This document shows, in pieces, positions 1 through 11,959 of a DNA stretch of 64,000 bases. Location of the stretch: assembly GCA_013239625.1 (NCBI GenBank), contig MU053594.1, positions 2,546,127 through 2,610,126 of the forward strand. Reading direction: 5' to 3'. This stretch comes from Lama guanicoe (taxonomy: Eukaryota). The translations under genes and the position numbers were made by a program. The notes below the pieces were generated by a model, which saw only the letters and a list, made by a program, of their open reading frames with translations, ran no database searches and was not told where the DNA came from. Numbering within the stretch: the first letter of the stretch is position 1; each line of letters opens with the position of its first letter.

Positions 1-119
1 ACTCACTATTGATGCTCTGTGAAGTGATCAACCATGATATTTCCTGCTCTGTGCCCTAGTCTATATGGCTGTTGCAAGAGCTGCCTTCTTCTTTCATGAC
101 CTTACCCCTCTGAGTGGGC

Positions 120-490
120 ATTCCACCCAAAGTGAACCAGTACCATTCCTCCCCCGCCCCCCAGATTTTTGACAAGAACTGATAGTACCAGTCCTTATTT
201 TGTGTTAGAAGTTGTAAGAATTAAAATCTGAGAGATTTTCCATGATGTGAAAGAGACCTGTCTTTAGTGAGAGAATAAAATTTTACTGTAGAAAGAAACA
301 GATGAGGGGTAATGAGAAGGGGCAGGCGGGATACCATTTGGGTTGCTGGTTCCAATAGTCCCTTAAGCCAACTGTGTATCCAATATTTCATCTTCTTTTG
401 TCTCAGTCTTTCCTGGATTCTGAGACAATAACTCCAATCTCTAGCTCAAACTGGATTTCTATTATTTGCAACCAAAAATACTTTATTAGT
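120..490 (+). mobile_element. Old MaLR LTR fragment (MLT1K/L-like)
   Basis: 3' end 'tgagacaataactcc...ctggatttctattatttgcaaccaaaaatact' resembles the MLT1J/K/L terminus as recalled; boundaries approximate. Confidence 0.5.
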
Positions 491-1935
491 ATTTTAAGCT
501 ATGAATTAGCCATTTTGGCTCTAGGAGGATATTAGGTCATGGTTTTCAGAAAAAGAATTTCAACTGAAGACCCTGTGGTACCGGTTACAGCTCTGATCTG
601 GGATTTTAAGAAACAAGATGGCAGGCAGTGCCACAGAGGAATGGGCACAGTCAGTGTAACTTCATTTAAACAACAATGCTGGAAAAAGTGTTTTATTCCA
701 TAGGGTGCACACACAAAGCCTTCCTTTGACTTATGACCAAAGCCACTATGTGCAGAATCTGAAATCGGCGAGCACCAGTTGTGAAAAATCACCCTCAGAA
801 CAGTCAAAGGGATAAGAACTGAAAAGAATGTGCATGATTAGGGCATGACTAAATGAGTTTGAATTAGTCTTACTATAGCAATATTTGGGGGTTATTTATC
901 CAATTCCATTTCTTCCTCTTTGAATAAATGAAAATTCGTTTCAGGGGTTGAAATCTGCTTTGCTCTGTGAAGACCTCGTCTGTGACTCTTGCTTCTCTCT
1001 GGATTGACAGATGGCTGCCCAGTCCCTACATCACTACCGAAAGCATAGCCTGCCAAGGGCTTGGTACCACTCTCTGTGACAGCAAAAACAAAAAAAGCAC
1101 AAGCAATAAATTAGAAACCTTCCAAACTGTTTCCGAGTCCAATATTTGTTTGTATTTATTTAATTGTAAGAATATTATGTTTTTCTTTTTTGTCATGAAG
1201 AAGACAGAACTGTCTTAGGAGCTGGTGAAATCACAAGAATTGAGATCAAGACACAATTCAATCGTCTTATTTCTATCTTTTATTCTTGCCTGTCATATTA
1301 ACAGAAATTAAGAACTCAGATTATATAATATAATTGGACTTCAGAAATTTATTTCAGTAATCGCTTATGAAACTGTATTTGCAAACTTTAACTCACTTTA
1401 ACTATGGGTATAAATCCCATCCCTCAAGCTGACTGAAAACTGACCCATGTACCACAAAACATACTAAGTGATAGTAACGATGGAGTAGTTCCTTATTTAG
1501 CTACAATAATTAGGGAATGAGGTATTCTGCAGAAAGTACATTTTATCAATAATTGAATATTATCTTTAAACTACTGGACCTTAAACATTTAAAGATACTT
1601 GTATAAAAATATTTCTAAGACAGATTACATATGTCCTTGTCTTACCATGTAGAACGGGAACTAAAATAGCATGTATTTATTCAGTAAATATCTATTAAGC
1701 ACCTACTATGTGCCAGGCACTGGGAGACGTCTTCAAGTTAAGAAGAACAAGGCACACATTGTACTTGATCCCGTAGAAGTACATCTTAGTCATTACTTAA
1801 TGATTCAGTTGTTATTATAAATATGCAGTATAAATGAGGTTTTCAAGTGCTTTTGACTTAGAACTGGACACCTTAACAGTTAATTTTGTTGAAGCAAAAT
1901 TCAAAAACTTTTTCATCTCATGACTTCAAATTTGG
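362..1935 (+). repeat. Duplicated block A (plus start of B), copy 1; copy 2 at 3022-4594
   Basis: Sequence from 'cttaagccaactgtg' (362) recurs at 3022 with offset 2660; ORF 967-1218 recurs identically at 3627-3878; few substitutions. Confidence 0.97.
1672..1790 (-). mobile_element. L2 3' end fragment (duplicated at about 4332-4450)
   Basis: 'atttattcagtaaatatctattaagcacctactatgtgccaggcactggg' is the reverse of the L2a terminus. Confidence 0.75.
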
Positions 1936-2653
1936 AATTTTGTTTTGTAAGACTTTCTATACTATTAGGTCACAACAAGTGTTTTGGGGTTTTTTTTTGG
2001 CTTATAGTTTTATCCTTCCGCATACAACTGGAATCATACAATCTGAATATTGTGCAAGGAAGGGATACAATTTTCTCTTGGAATTTTTTAACTTGAGGTA
2101 TAATTGACATATCACATTATATTAGTTTCAGGTAGACAACAGAATGATTCAATATTTGTATACGTACATTGCAAAATAATCACCAAAATAAGTCTTGTTA
2201 ACTTGCTAGATACAAAATTGTCTTTCTTATGGTGAGAACTTTAAAAATCTACTCTCTTAGCAACTTTCAAATATACAATGCAATTCATCTCATGACTTCA
2301 AATTTGGAATTTTGTTTTGTAAGACTTTCTATACTATTAGGTCACAACAAGTGTTTTGGGGTTTTTTTTGGCTTATAGTTTTATCCTTCCACATACAACT
2401 GGAATCATACAATCTGAATATTGTGCAAGGAAGGGATACAGTTTTCTCTTGGAATTTTTTAACTTGAGGTATAATTGACATATCACATTATATTAGTTTC
2501 AGGTACACAACAGAATGATTCAATATTTGTATACGTACATTGCAAAATAATCACCAAAATAAGTCTTGTTAACTTGCTAGATACAAAATTGTCTTTCTTA
2601 TGGTGAGAACTTTAAAAATCTACTCTCTTAGCAACTTTCAAATATACAATGCA
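1912..2653 (+). repeat. Tandem duplication of a ~371 bp unit B (1912-2282 / 2284-2653)
   Basis: 'ttcatctcatgacttcaaatttgg...atatacaatgca' occurs twice, separated by a single A at 2283. Confidence 0.97.
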
Positions 2654-2762
2654 GTATTATTAGTGATGTACAGTCACCATGTTGTGCGTTACGTCCCCAT
2701 GACTTATTTACTTTATAACTGGAAGATTGTGCCTTTGGACGCTCCTCACCTACATGAGCCAG
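2452..2762 (-). mobile_element. 5'-truncated L1 3' UTR (L1MA9-like) with ~20 bp TSD; partial copies at 2081-2282, 4856-5048 and 6852-7010
   Basis: 'ttttttaacttgaggtataattgacat...tctactctcttagcaactttcaaatatacaa...tataactggaag' matches the L1MA9-type 3' end in reverse; flanked by agggatacagttttctcttg (2432-2451) and agggatacagttttatcttg (2763-2782). Confidence 0.8.
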
Positions 2763-3021
2763 AGGGATACAGTTTTATCTTGCTCCATATCATCAGCCAG
2801 TTTTTCTGTTAACACTTATTTAACTGTTTATCTTTTTCCTGCGGGTTTGTGGGGCCGCCATGATCGGCCAGCAGTGCTCCGTGGATCTGGTCCTGTGTTC
2901 TACTCCTGTTGCACACTTTGTCTATCCTTGGTCTTCTACCATCTTGCTTATCGCCCTGGTTTTGCAGGATGACCTAATGTCTAATGAGTTGAACCTCCTT
3001 TCCCTCTTTTTGTCCTTCTTA

Positions 3022-4594
3022 CTTAAGCCAACTGTGTATCCAATATTTCATCTTCTTTTGTCTCAGTCTTTCCTGGATTCCGAGACAATAACTCCAATCT
3101 CTAGCTCAAACTGGATTTCTATTATTTGCAACCAAAAATACTTTATTAGTATTTTAAGCTATGAATTAGCCATTTTAGCTCTAGGAGGATATTAGGTCAT
3201 GGTTTTCAGAAAAAGAATTTCAACTGGAGACCCTGTGATACCGGTTACAGCTCTGATCTGGGATTTTAAGAAACAAGATGGCAGGCAGTGCCACAGAGGA
3301 ATGGGCACAGTCAGTGTAACTTCATTTAAACAACAATGCTGGAAAAAGTGTTTTATTCCATAGGGTGCACACACAAAGCCTTCCTTTGACTTATGACCAA
3401 AGCCACTATGTGCAGAATCTGAAATCGGCGAGCACCAGTTGTGAAAAATCACCCTCAGAACAGTCAAAGGGATAAGAACTGAAAAGAATGTGCATGATTA
3501 GGGCATGACTAAATGAGTTTGAATTAGTCTTACTATAGCAATATTTGGGGGTTATTTATCCAATTCCATTTCTTCCTCTTTGAATAAATGAAAATTCGTT
3601 TCAGGGGTTGAAATCTGCTTTGCTCTGTGAAGACCTCGTCTGTGACTCTTGCTTCTCTCTGGATTGACAGATGGCTGCCCAGTCCCTACATCACTACCGA
3701 AAGCATAGCCTGCCAAGGGCTTGGTACCACTCTCTGTGACAGCAAAAACAAAAAAAGCACAAGCAATAAATTAGAAACCTTCCAAACTGTTTCCGAGTCC
3801 AATATTTGTTTGTATTTATTTAATTGTAAGAATATTATGTTTTTCTTTTTTGTCATGAAGAAGACAGAACTGTCTTAGGAGCTGGTGAAATCACAAGAAT
3901 TGAGATCAAGACACAATTCAATCGTCTTATTTCTATCTTTTATTCTTGCCTGTCATATTAACAGAAATTAAGAACTCAGATTATATAATATAATTGGACT
4001 TCAGAAATTTATTTCAGTAATCGCTTATGAAACTGTATTTGCAAACTTTAACTCACTTTAACTATGGGTATAAATCCCATCCCTCAAGCTGACTGAAAAC
4101 TGACCCATGTACCACAAAACATACGAAGTGATAGTAACGATGGAGTAGTTCCTTATTTAGCTACAATAATTAGGGAATGAGGTATTCTGCAGAAAGTACA
4201 TTTTATCAATAATTGAATATTATCTTTAAACTACTGGACCTTAAACATTTAAAGATACTTGTATAAAAATATTTCTAAGACAGATTACATATGTCCTTGT
4301 CTTACCATGTAGAACGGGAACTAAAATAGCATGTATTTATTCAGTAAATATCTATTAAGCACCTACTATGTGCCAGGCACTGGGAGACGTCTTCAAGTTA
4401 AGAAGAACAAGGCACACATTGTACTTGATCCCATAGAAGTACATCTTAGTCATTACTTAATGATTCAGTTGTTATTATAAATATGCAGTATAAATGAGGT
4501 TTTCAAGTGATTTGACTTAGGACTGGACCACCTTAACAGTTAATTTTGTTGAAGCAAAATTCAAAAACTTTTTCATCTCATGACTTAAATTTGG
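3022..4594 (+). repeat. Duplicated block A (plus start of B), copy 2
   Basis: Near-identical to 362-1935; runs into the N gap. Confidence 0.97.
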
Positions 4595-4855
4595 NNNNNN
4601 NNNNNNNNNNNNNNNNNNNNNNNNNNNNNNNNNNNNNNNNNNNNNNNNNNNNNNNNNNNNNNNNNNNNNNNNNNNNNNNNNNNNNNNNNNNNNNNNNNNN
4701 NNNNNNNNNNNNNNNNNNNNNNNNNNNNNNNNNNNNNNNNNNNNNNNNNNNNNNNNNNNNNNNNNNNNNNNNNNNNNNNNNNNNNNNNNNNNNNNNNNNN
4801 NNNNNNNNNNNNNNNNNNNNNNNNNNNNNNNNNNNNNNNNNNNNNNNNNNNNNNN
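4595..4855. other. Assembly gap (261 N)
   Basis: Run of N; the missing interval in unit B (1936-2193) is 258 bp, so the gap size fits one B copy. Confidence 0.99.
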
Positions 4856-5379
4856 CTTGTTAACTGATACAAAATTGTCTTTCTTATGGTGAGAACTTTA
4901 AAAATCTACTCTCTTAGCAACTTTCAAATATACAATGCAGTATTATTAGTGATGTACAGTCACCATGTTGTGCGTTACGTCCCCATGACTTATTTACTTT
5001 ATAACTGGAAGATTGTGCCTTTGGACGCTCCTCACCTACATGAGCCAGAGGGATACAGTTTTATCTTGCTCCATATCATCAGCCAGTTTTTCTGTTAACA
5101 CTTATTTAACTATTTATCTTTCTCCTGCGGGTTTGCGGGGCCGCCATGATCGGCCAGCAGTGCTCCGTGGATCTGGTCCTGTGTTCTACTCCTGTTGCAC
5201 ACTTTGTCTATCCTTGGTCTTCTACCATCTTGCTTATCGCCCTGGTTTTGCAGGATGACCTAATGTCTAATGAGTTGAACCTCCTTTCCCTCTTTTTGTC
5301 CTTCTTTTTCACAGTTGACTTTGTTTATACAACTATGCTCGTCCCTAAAAGTTTTAGAAAGTCAGGTTGCCCAAAAATC

Positions 5380-6520
5380 TTACTGTAATTTAGATGGGAA
5401 TTGCGTTAAATTTAGAAATTAATTTTGGGGAAAATTGAAATCTTTACTGCAACACATCAGTCCTCAAGGAACATGGTGTTTTTGTTTCATTTACATCTTT
5501 GTAATAATTAATTCTAGAACTTTTTTTTCCTGTAAAGGTCCTGTATATTTTGTTAGATGACGCCTTAAATATCCTATAGGTTTTATTGTACTTATAAATG
5601 ATATACTATTTTCTAATTGATTATTACTGGTGTAGAGAAAGTCTATTGAATTGTATAAGCTGATGTGACAGTAAAGCTGACCTCTCACATTACTGCTATT
5701 GATTTCTTGATTCTGTTGGTTTTTCTGGGTATATGATTGTATTACCTGCATATAATGGGAGTTTTAGGTATTCTTTACAATCTTTATGTCTCTTAGCTTT
5801 TTTTTCATTGTCTCATGGTTAACTAACCAGGACTTTGAAAACCATACATGGTAATGATAAGCATCCTGGTCTTTTTTCTGATCTTAATGGAGAGATTTAA
5901 AATTCTTTTGCTAAGAATGATGTTTGCTTAGGTTTCTGGCACATCATTATTAAGTTAAGAAAATTCCCTTTTATTCTTAGTTTTCTGAGAAGCACTCTAA
6001 AAATTATAGTTATTACATTTTATCAAATTCATTTTCTGCATAAGTTGAGATAATCATATGATTTTTCTCTTTAGTTCATCAGTGTGGTGAATTCTGATGT
6101 AGAATTAACCTGTTTCTGGACTAAATCCTATTTAATCATAATGTAGTATTTTTAATACACTCTTGGATTTGCTTAGCAAATATTTTTATTTGGCATCTTG
6201 TACCAATGTTCTTGAATTGCCCTATAATTTTCTTTCTATGAGTTGTTCCTACCTGGGAATCAAGATTATAGTAGTCTAATAAAATGAGTAAAACAATGTT
6301 TCATTTTTTCCTACATTTTATAATGACATAGAAATGAAGATATGTTCTTTGACTATGTGATTGAACTAAGCTGTACAATTATCTGCAATTGAAGCTTTTG
6401 TTGCACTAAAAATGGATATTATTATATTATAATGGTGGATATTATTACCATTTCACTTTTTAAATTGCTATTTGTTTATTCCAGTTTTTAATTTTTTTGA
6501 ACCAATTGTGACACTTTATG
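5380..6520 (-). mobile_element. Old L1 (L1ME-like) ORF2 remnant, copy 1
   Basis: Minus ORF 5491-5751 'FLYTSNNQLENSISFISTIKPIGYLRRHLTK' resembles L1 ORF2 post-RT 'FLYTNN...IPFTIA..IKYLGINLTK'; DNA resembles antisense L1. Confidence 0.8.
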
Positions 6521-7341
6521 TTTTCCTTTTTATCTATGTTATCAAATTAAAATTAGTTACTATGTGCATATTATTGTTTTATTTTCTGTTTAGCTATTAT
6601 TATTCTCCTTTTCATCATGCAATAATTTGTTATATTGTGTACCTTTGCAATACATACTATATACATTTACAAATTAGAGAATAGTATATGACACACACAA
6701 TATTATACAAAATACTGCATATAATATATATACAATATGTGATGTATATCATACAAGTGTACATGTCTATTTCTATACATTAGTTCCATTATCATATATA
6801 AGTACAATATATAGTAGAAATATATGTGTAACACATATACTACATATAGTATGAGAACTTTAAAAATCTACTCTCTTAGCAACTTTCAAATATACAATGC
6901 AGTATTATTAGTGATGTACAGTCACCATGTTGTACGTTACGTCCCCATGACTTACTTACTTTATAACTGGAAGATTGTGCCTTTGGACGCTCCTCACCCA
7001 CATCAGCCAGAGGGATACAGTTTTATCTTGCTCCATATCATCAGCCAGTTTTTCTGTTAACACTTATTTAACTATTTATCTTTCTCCTGCGGGTTTGCGG
7101 GGCCGCCATGATCGGCCAGCAGTGCTCCGTGGATCTGGTCCTGTGTTCTACTCCTGTTGCACACTTTGTCTATCCTTGGTCTTCTACCATCTTGCTTATC
7201 GCCCTGGTTTTGCAGGATGACCTAATGTCTAATGAGTTGAACCTCCTTTCCCTCTTTTTGTCCTTCTTTTTCACAGTTGACTTTGTTTATACAACTATGC
7301 TCGTCCCTAAAAGTTTTAGAAAGTCAGGTTGCCCACAAATC

Positions 7342-8483
7342 TTACTGTAATTTAGATGGGAATTGCATTAAATTTAGAAATTAATTTTGGGGAAAATTGA
7401 AATCTTTAATGCAACACATCAGTCCTCAAGGAACATGGTGTTTTTGTTTCATTTACATCTTTGTAATAATTAATTCTAGAACTTTTTTTTCCTGTAAAGG
7501 TCCTGTATATTTTGTTAGATGACGCCTTAAATATCCTATAGGTTTTATTGTACTTATAAATGATATACTATTTTCTAATTGATTATTACTGGTGTAGAGA
7601 AAGTCTATTGAATTGTATAAGCTGATGTGACAGTAAAGCTGACCTCTCACATTACTGCTATTGATTTCTTGATTCTGTTGGTTTTTCTGGGTATATGATT
7701 GTATTACCTGCATATAATGGGAGTTTTAGGTATTCTTTACAATCTTTATGTCTCTTAGCTTTTTTTTCATTGTCTCATGGTTAACTAACCAGGACTTTGA
7801 AAACCATACATGGTAATGATAAGCATCCTGGTCTTTTTTCTGATCTTAATGGAGAGATTTAAAATTCTTTTGCTAAGAATGATGTTTGCTTAGGTTTCTG
7901 GCACATCATTATTAAGTTAAGAAAATTCCCTTTTATTCTTAGTTTTCTGAGAAGCACTCTAAAAATTATAGTTATTACATTTTATCAAATTCATTTTCTG
8001 CATAAGTTGAGATAATCATATGATTTTTCTCCTTTAGTTCATCAGTGTGGTGAATTCTGATGTAGAATTAACCTGTTTCTGGACTAAATCCTATTTAATC
8101 ATAATGTAGTATTTTTAATACACTCTTGGATTTGCTTAGCAAATATTTTTATTTGGCATCTTGTACCAATGTTCTTGAATTGCCCTATAATTTTCTTTCT
8201 ATGAGTTGTTCCTACCTGGGAATCAAGATTATAGTAGTCTAATAAAATGAGTAAAACAATGTTTCATTTTTTCCTACATTTTATAATGACATAGAAATGA
8301 AGATATGTTCTTTGACTATGTGATTGAACTAAGCTGTACAATTATCTGCAATTGAAGCTTTTGTTGCACTAAAAATGGATATTATTATATTATAATGGTG
8401 GATATTATTACCATTTCACTTTTTAAATTGCTATTTGTTTATTCCAGTTTTTAATTTTTTTGAACCAATTGTGACACTTTATG
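7342..8483 (-). mobile_element. Old L1 ORF2 remnant, duplicated copy 2
   Basis: Duplicate of 5380-6520. Confidence 0.8.
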
Positions 8484-9189
8484 TTTTCCTTTTTATCTAT
8501 GTTATCAAATTAAAATTAGTTACTATGTGCATATTATTGTTTTATTTTCTGTTTAGCTATTATTATTCTCCTTTTCATCATGCAATAATTTGTTATATTG
8601 TGTACCTTTGCAATACATACTATATACATTTACAAATTAGAGAATAGTATATGACACACACAATATTATACAAAATACTGCATATAATATATATACAATA
8701 TGTGATGTATATCATACAAGTGTACATGTCTATTTCTATACACTAGTTCCATTATCATATATAAGTACGATATATAGTAGAAATATATGTGTAACACATA
8801 TACTACATATAGTATGAATGAAAGTTATAGGTTATTATATATATTCTTCAAAGTTATTACTTTTCATTCTGTACTGACTTATTTCTGCACTAGCACGTTC
8901 TCTCTCCCTCTCCACACCCCTCCTTCAAACTCCCACTCTTACCAATGGTTTATGTTGCACATTTTTTCACATAACCATCTCCAGGCACAGTTAATCTCTA
9001 CTGTTATTTTGTTCTATCTTTCACTTACTTCTCCCTTTTATTTTTACTGCTTCCTTTTTTGTTCCTTTGGGTGTGTATTCTTCTTCAACCCAAGGGTTAC
9101 TTAATAGTATGTTACTTCATTATCAAGCATATGAGAATTAAAAAAAAGTCCTCTGTTGCTGCGTTCTCATTATTGCAATGAACAGAAAA

Positions 9190-9520
9190 TATAGTCTATA
9201 TGATGTTAATTTTTTGAAATTTATACATAAAAAGTCTTAAAGATATTCCATATTTGCTCAAAAATAATATTCATCTCTGGTATCAATTTCTACACATCTA
9301 TTGGCTTATCAATCATATTATTCAAATCTCCTGTAATCTTTTGCTTGTTTTTAAGTGATTTAACATTCTGAAAGGGTTATACAAAAATCTAAAATTATTG
9401 CTTTTAACTCCGTATAACAATGGCTTATATATTTATAGAAAATATTATTAGGCACACACATGCTCATTAACCTTATAACTTTTGATTTATTATTCCTTTT
9501 ACTAATGTATAACATCTCAC
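9190..9520 (-). mobile_element. Old L1 fragment (probable continuation, endonuclease region)
   Basis: 'atattccatatttgctcaaaaataatatt...tattattcaaatctcctgtaatc' resembles antisense L1. Confidence 0.5.
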
Positions 9521-10180
9521 ATAACCCAAACTTGGAGATACTAGGGAAGTGAGAAAATTCAACATGGTACAAATATGAAGGGACTTAGTGACCAATCCTG
9601 TGTGAATGAGAATGTGGCTTCATGAATTACTCTCCAGTTTTTAACTTAGAAATCTGAGTGGATGAGAGTATCAATTTCTGTGGTAAGATACACAGAAGGT
9701 TTTAAGGGCAGGGAGAGTTGAAAAAGATCAGATGAAAAAAACATTTATTCATTTATTTATTTCCCTGTTAAGCAAATATTTACTGAGTGCTTATCATCTG
9801 TCAGGCAGTATACTAGGCATATTTTTGCAGAAGGTTTTCAGGGAAGTTAACATTAAAGATGAATTAGTTCCATGACTCCATCAAAGGTTTGCTCACAAAG
9901 AACCAACGTGTAGGGACAAATCATAACATAGCCATTCATATGCAGGAAACTAAATGTGGTGGGTTTTATATAGTACTGGAAGTTCAGCTCAATAAAACCT
10001 CCAATCATCTCTAGGGAATTCTCCAGGTATAAATAGGCTTAAGGCAGCAGAGTAGCATTCTTTACAAACCAAAACTTGATTCCAAAATTTTAAAAAATTC
10101 AATTTACTCTTGTATCTGTAATAATCCCATCTGTTAGCACCAGACTTGACCTATATTGCATTCTTTTTAAAGCTTTAAAA

Positions 10181-10340
10181 CAGTGGTTTCCAAATTTCAG
10201 TGAGCACATGAATTACTTGAACTTTCTGGATGGTAAAAATGTATATTCCCAGACTCCAACCCCAGAAATTTGGGAGGTCTGGAGTTTACACAAGCTCCTC
10301 AGGTGATTATGATACTGAAACTGTATTTTGAGAAATGCTG
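10181..10340. mobile_element. MER5-family hAT MITE
   Basis: Ends 'cagtggtttccaaa' and 'tttgagaaatgctg' form imperfect TIRs; interior resembles MER5. Confidence 0.7.
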
Positions 10341-11399
10341 CTATAACTTCAGCAGTAGTAACTTCAAATTATAGAACATTCACAAACACACAAGCGCCCC
10401 CAAAACTTACTTCTTCCCAGGCTGGGAATAGACAATAGGAATACCTCTCGACTGACTGACTTGGATGTGATCTTGTTTTTCAGGTGCTGCAAATTTGCTT
10501 CTTCAGTATTTTTAGAACATTTTTTGGTAATGTGTTGATAACCTAAGGGAAATAATCTTCATGGAAAGTGTGAAAAACGCAATTTTCTTACATTCCCAGC
10601 TGCTGCATAGATAGTCTCCAAACTGGTCTAATGTCTATACCTGCATAAAGGCTTTACTTTTTAACTCTTAGAGATTCTTTTAAAAATCATCTCAGGCTCA
10701 GTGACCTCACATATTCTTTACTAAAGCCTGCTATTGTGGAAGGGGTTTCCTGATTTAGGAGAGAGAGCTGGGAGAAATTTTTCTAGTTTTCCTTCTCAGG
10801 TGAGAAGATAAAAATTTACTCATTTTGACCCTGCTAAAATCTTCTTTTCTCCTTCATACATTAGGTCTATGTAGCAAGGCCCACTGCCTTTTGCTTTCTG
10901 GAAGCATCTTGGGAGCAATTTGGGGAAAAACCCATGACATCCCTTATCTATAAAGAAATTATTTTTTTCCTCTGCCCAGTTGGGGAAATTCCCTTTAAAT
11001 TGCTTCCTGTTGACAATTGAAGCAGGCTTGGGAAGCTATTCAATTTTAATAATAAGAGATTCTACGTAGATTAAGACCTGCTTAAATTCAGAACTGCTTT
11101 AGGATTAAGAGGCAGACGTAAAACTGAAAGTAAGACTAAAATTGAATCAAATTTAATATCCATGGCATTAAAGGGATAAAGATAATCATTCCTCATCAGC
11201 AGATAAAGACCTTTCGACCAGGATAACAAGATTGCCCCCAAACTGAACATTCAGTAGTTCATGTAATGAATAAGCATATATAATAGGCCATTGTGGTTAA
11301 ACTATCCAGTTAGAAAATTATAAAAATTTATGGGCAAGCAATGTACAAGTGATTTTTCATAAACTATCCTGAGCTGACAACTAGATTAAATGAGAAAAC

Positions 11400-11650
11400 A
11401 TGTAGAAGATTGGAAGAGGGCCACTGTGAATGGAAAAGTACACCCTGAAACAGAAATTAGTGTCATCCGACATGAGGCTGTTGGAGGGCCTGGATTTAAC
11501 CCAACAGCCAATGAAGAGACCCTGCTGTGGCAGCAGAATGAAGAGATACAGGAGGCTGGACACCAAGGAGGACGGGGCAGTGCTCGTCATTTGGAAGCCC
11601 AGGAGCACACAAGTATGTCCCAGAGTGAAAAGCAACTGCCACGCTTTGGT
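11400..11650 (-). mobile_element. Degenerate L2 internal fragment
   Basis: 'cagccaatgaagagac...caggagg..accaaggag...gtcatttggaagcccaggag' resembles antisense L2 body. Confidence 0.5.
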
Positions 11651-11719
11651 GACTGTATTCAGTATTTGTAACGCCCATTGTCTCTCTCTTTTCTGCTGAC
11701 CTAGCAATGCCCTAGCAAA

Positions 11720-11945
11720 ACATTAATAATCTTCACTCAGTGTGAATTGTTGACAGAGGGCCTAGGTGGGCAGCTCGTCATACTGCAAGCCTTTTCTAAA
11801 TATTTATTAATCAAGTAGTTGATAAATTATTTGTTCTGGAATTTTGACGGGAACTGTCTTCTCTTTTGACTTTTCTGTCTTCTCATGTCCAGATTCCATT
11901 TGTTCCTTCTCTTTGAAAACCAGAATAACATTTGCCAGTCTTAAG
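11720..11945 (-). mobile_element. L3/CR1 fragment
   Basis: 'ttctggaattttgacggg...ctttgaaaaccagaataacatttgccagtct' resembles antisense L3 RT region. Confidence 0.45.
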
Positions 11946-11959
11946 CTCTGGTTATTAGA

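Larger units (their letters stand above)
4890..8817 (+). repeat. Tandem duplication of a ~1.96 kb unit (4890-6851 / 6852-8817)
   Basis: Offset 1962-1963; ORFs 5491-5751 and 7453-7713, and 6472-6684 and 8435-8647, are identical; junction has 'tga' microhomology at 6852-6854. Confidence 0.97.

Noticed and set aside
2854..3195. Kozak-like gccgccATG opening ORFs at 2860, 5146 and 7108
   Set aside because: Downstream DNA resembles decayed antisense L1; recurrence is due to the duplication; the 111-aa version only exists across the 3021 junction; no protein similarity
4546..4872. ORFs spanning X residues
   Set aside because: Artefacts of the N gap
4500..4875. Extra indels in the copies next to the gap
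   Set aside because: Confined to contig edges and most likely low-quality base calls
11390..11699. Cluster of overlapping ORFs in purine-rich, coding-looking DNA
   Set aside because: Better explained as a degenerate antisense L2; no recognisable protein
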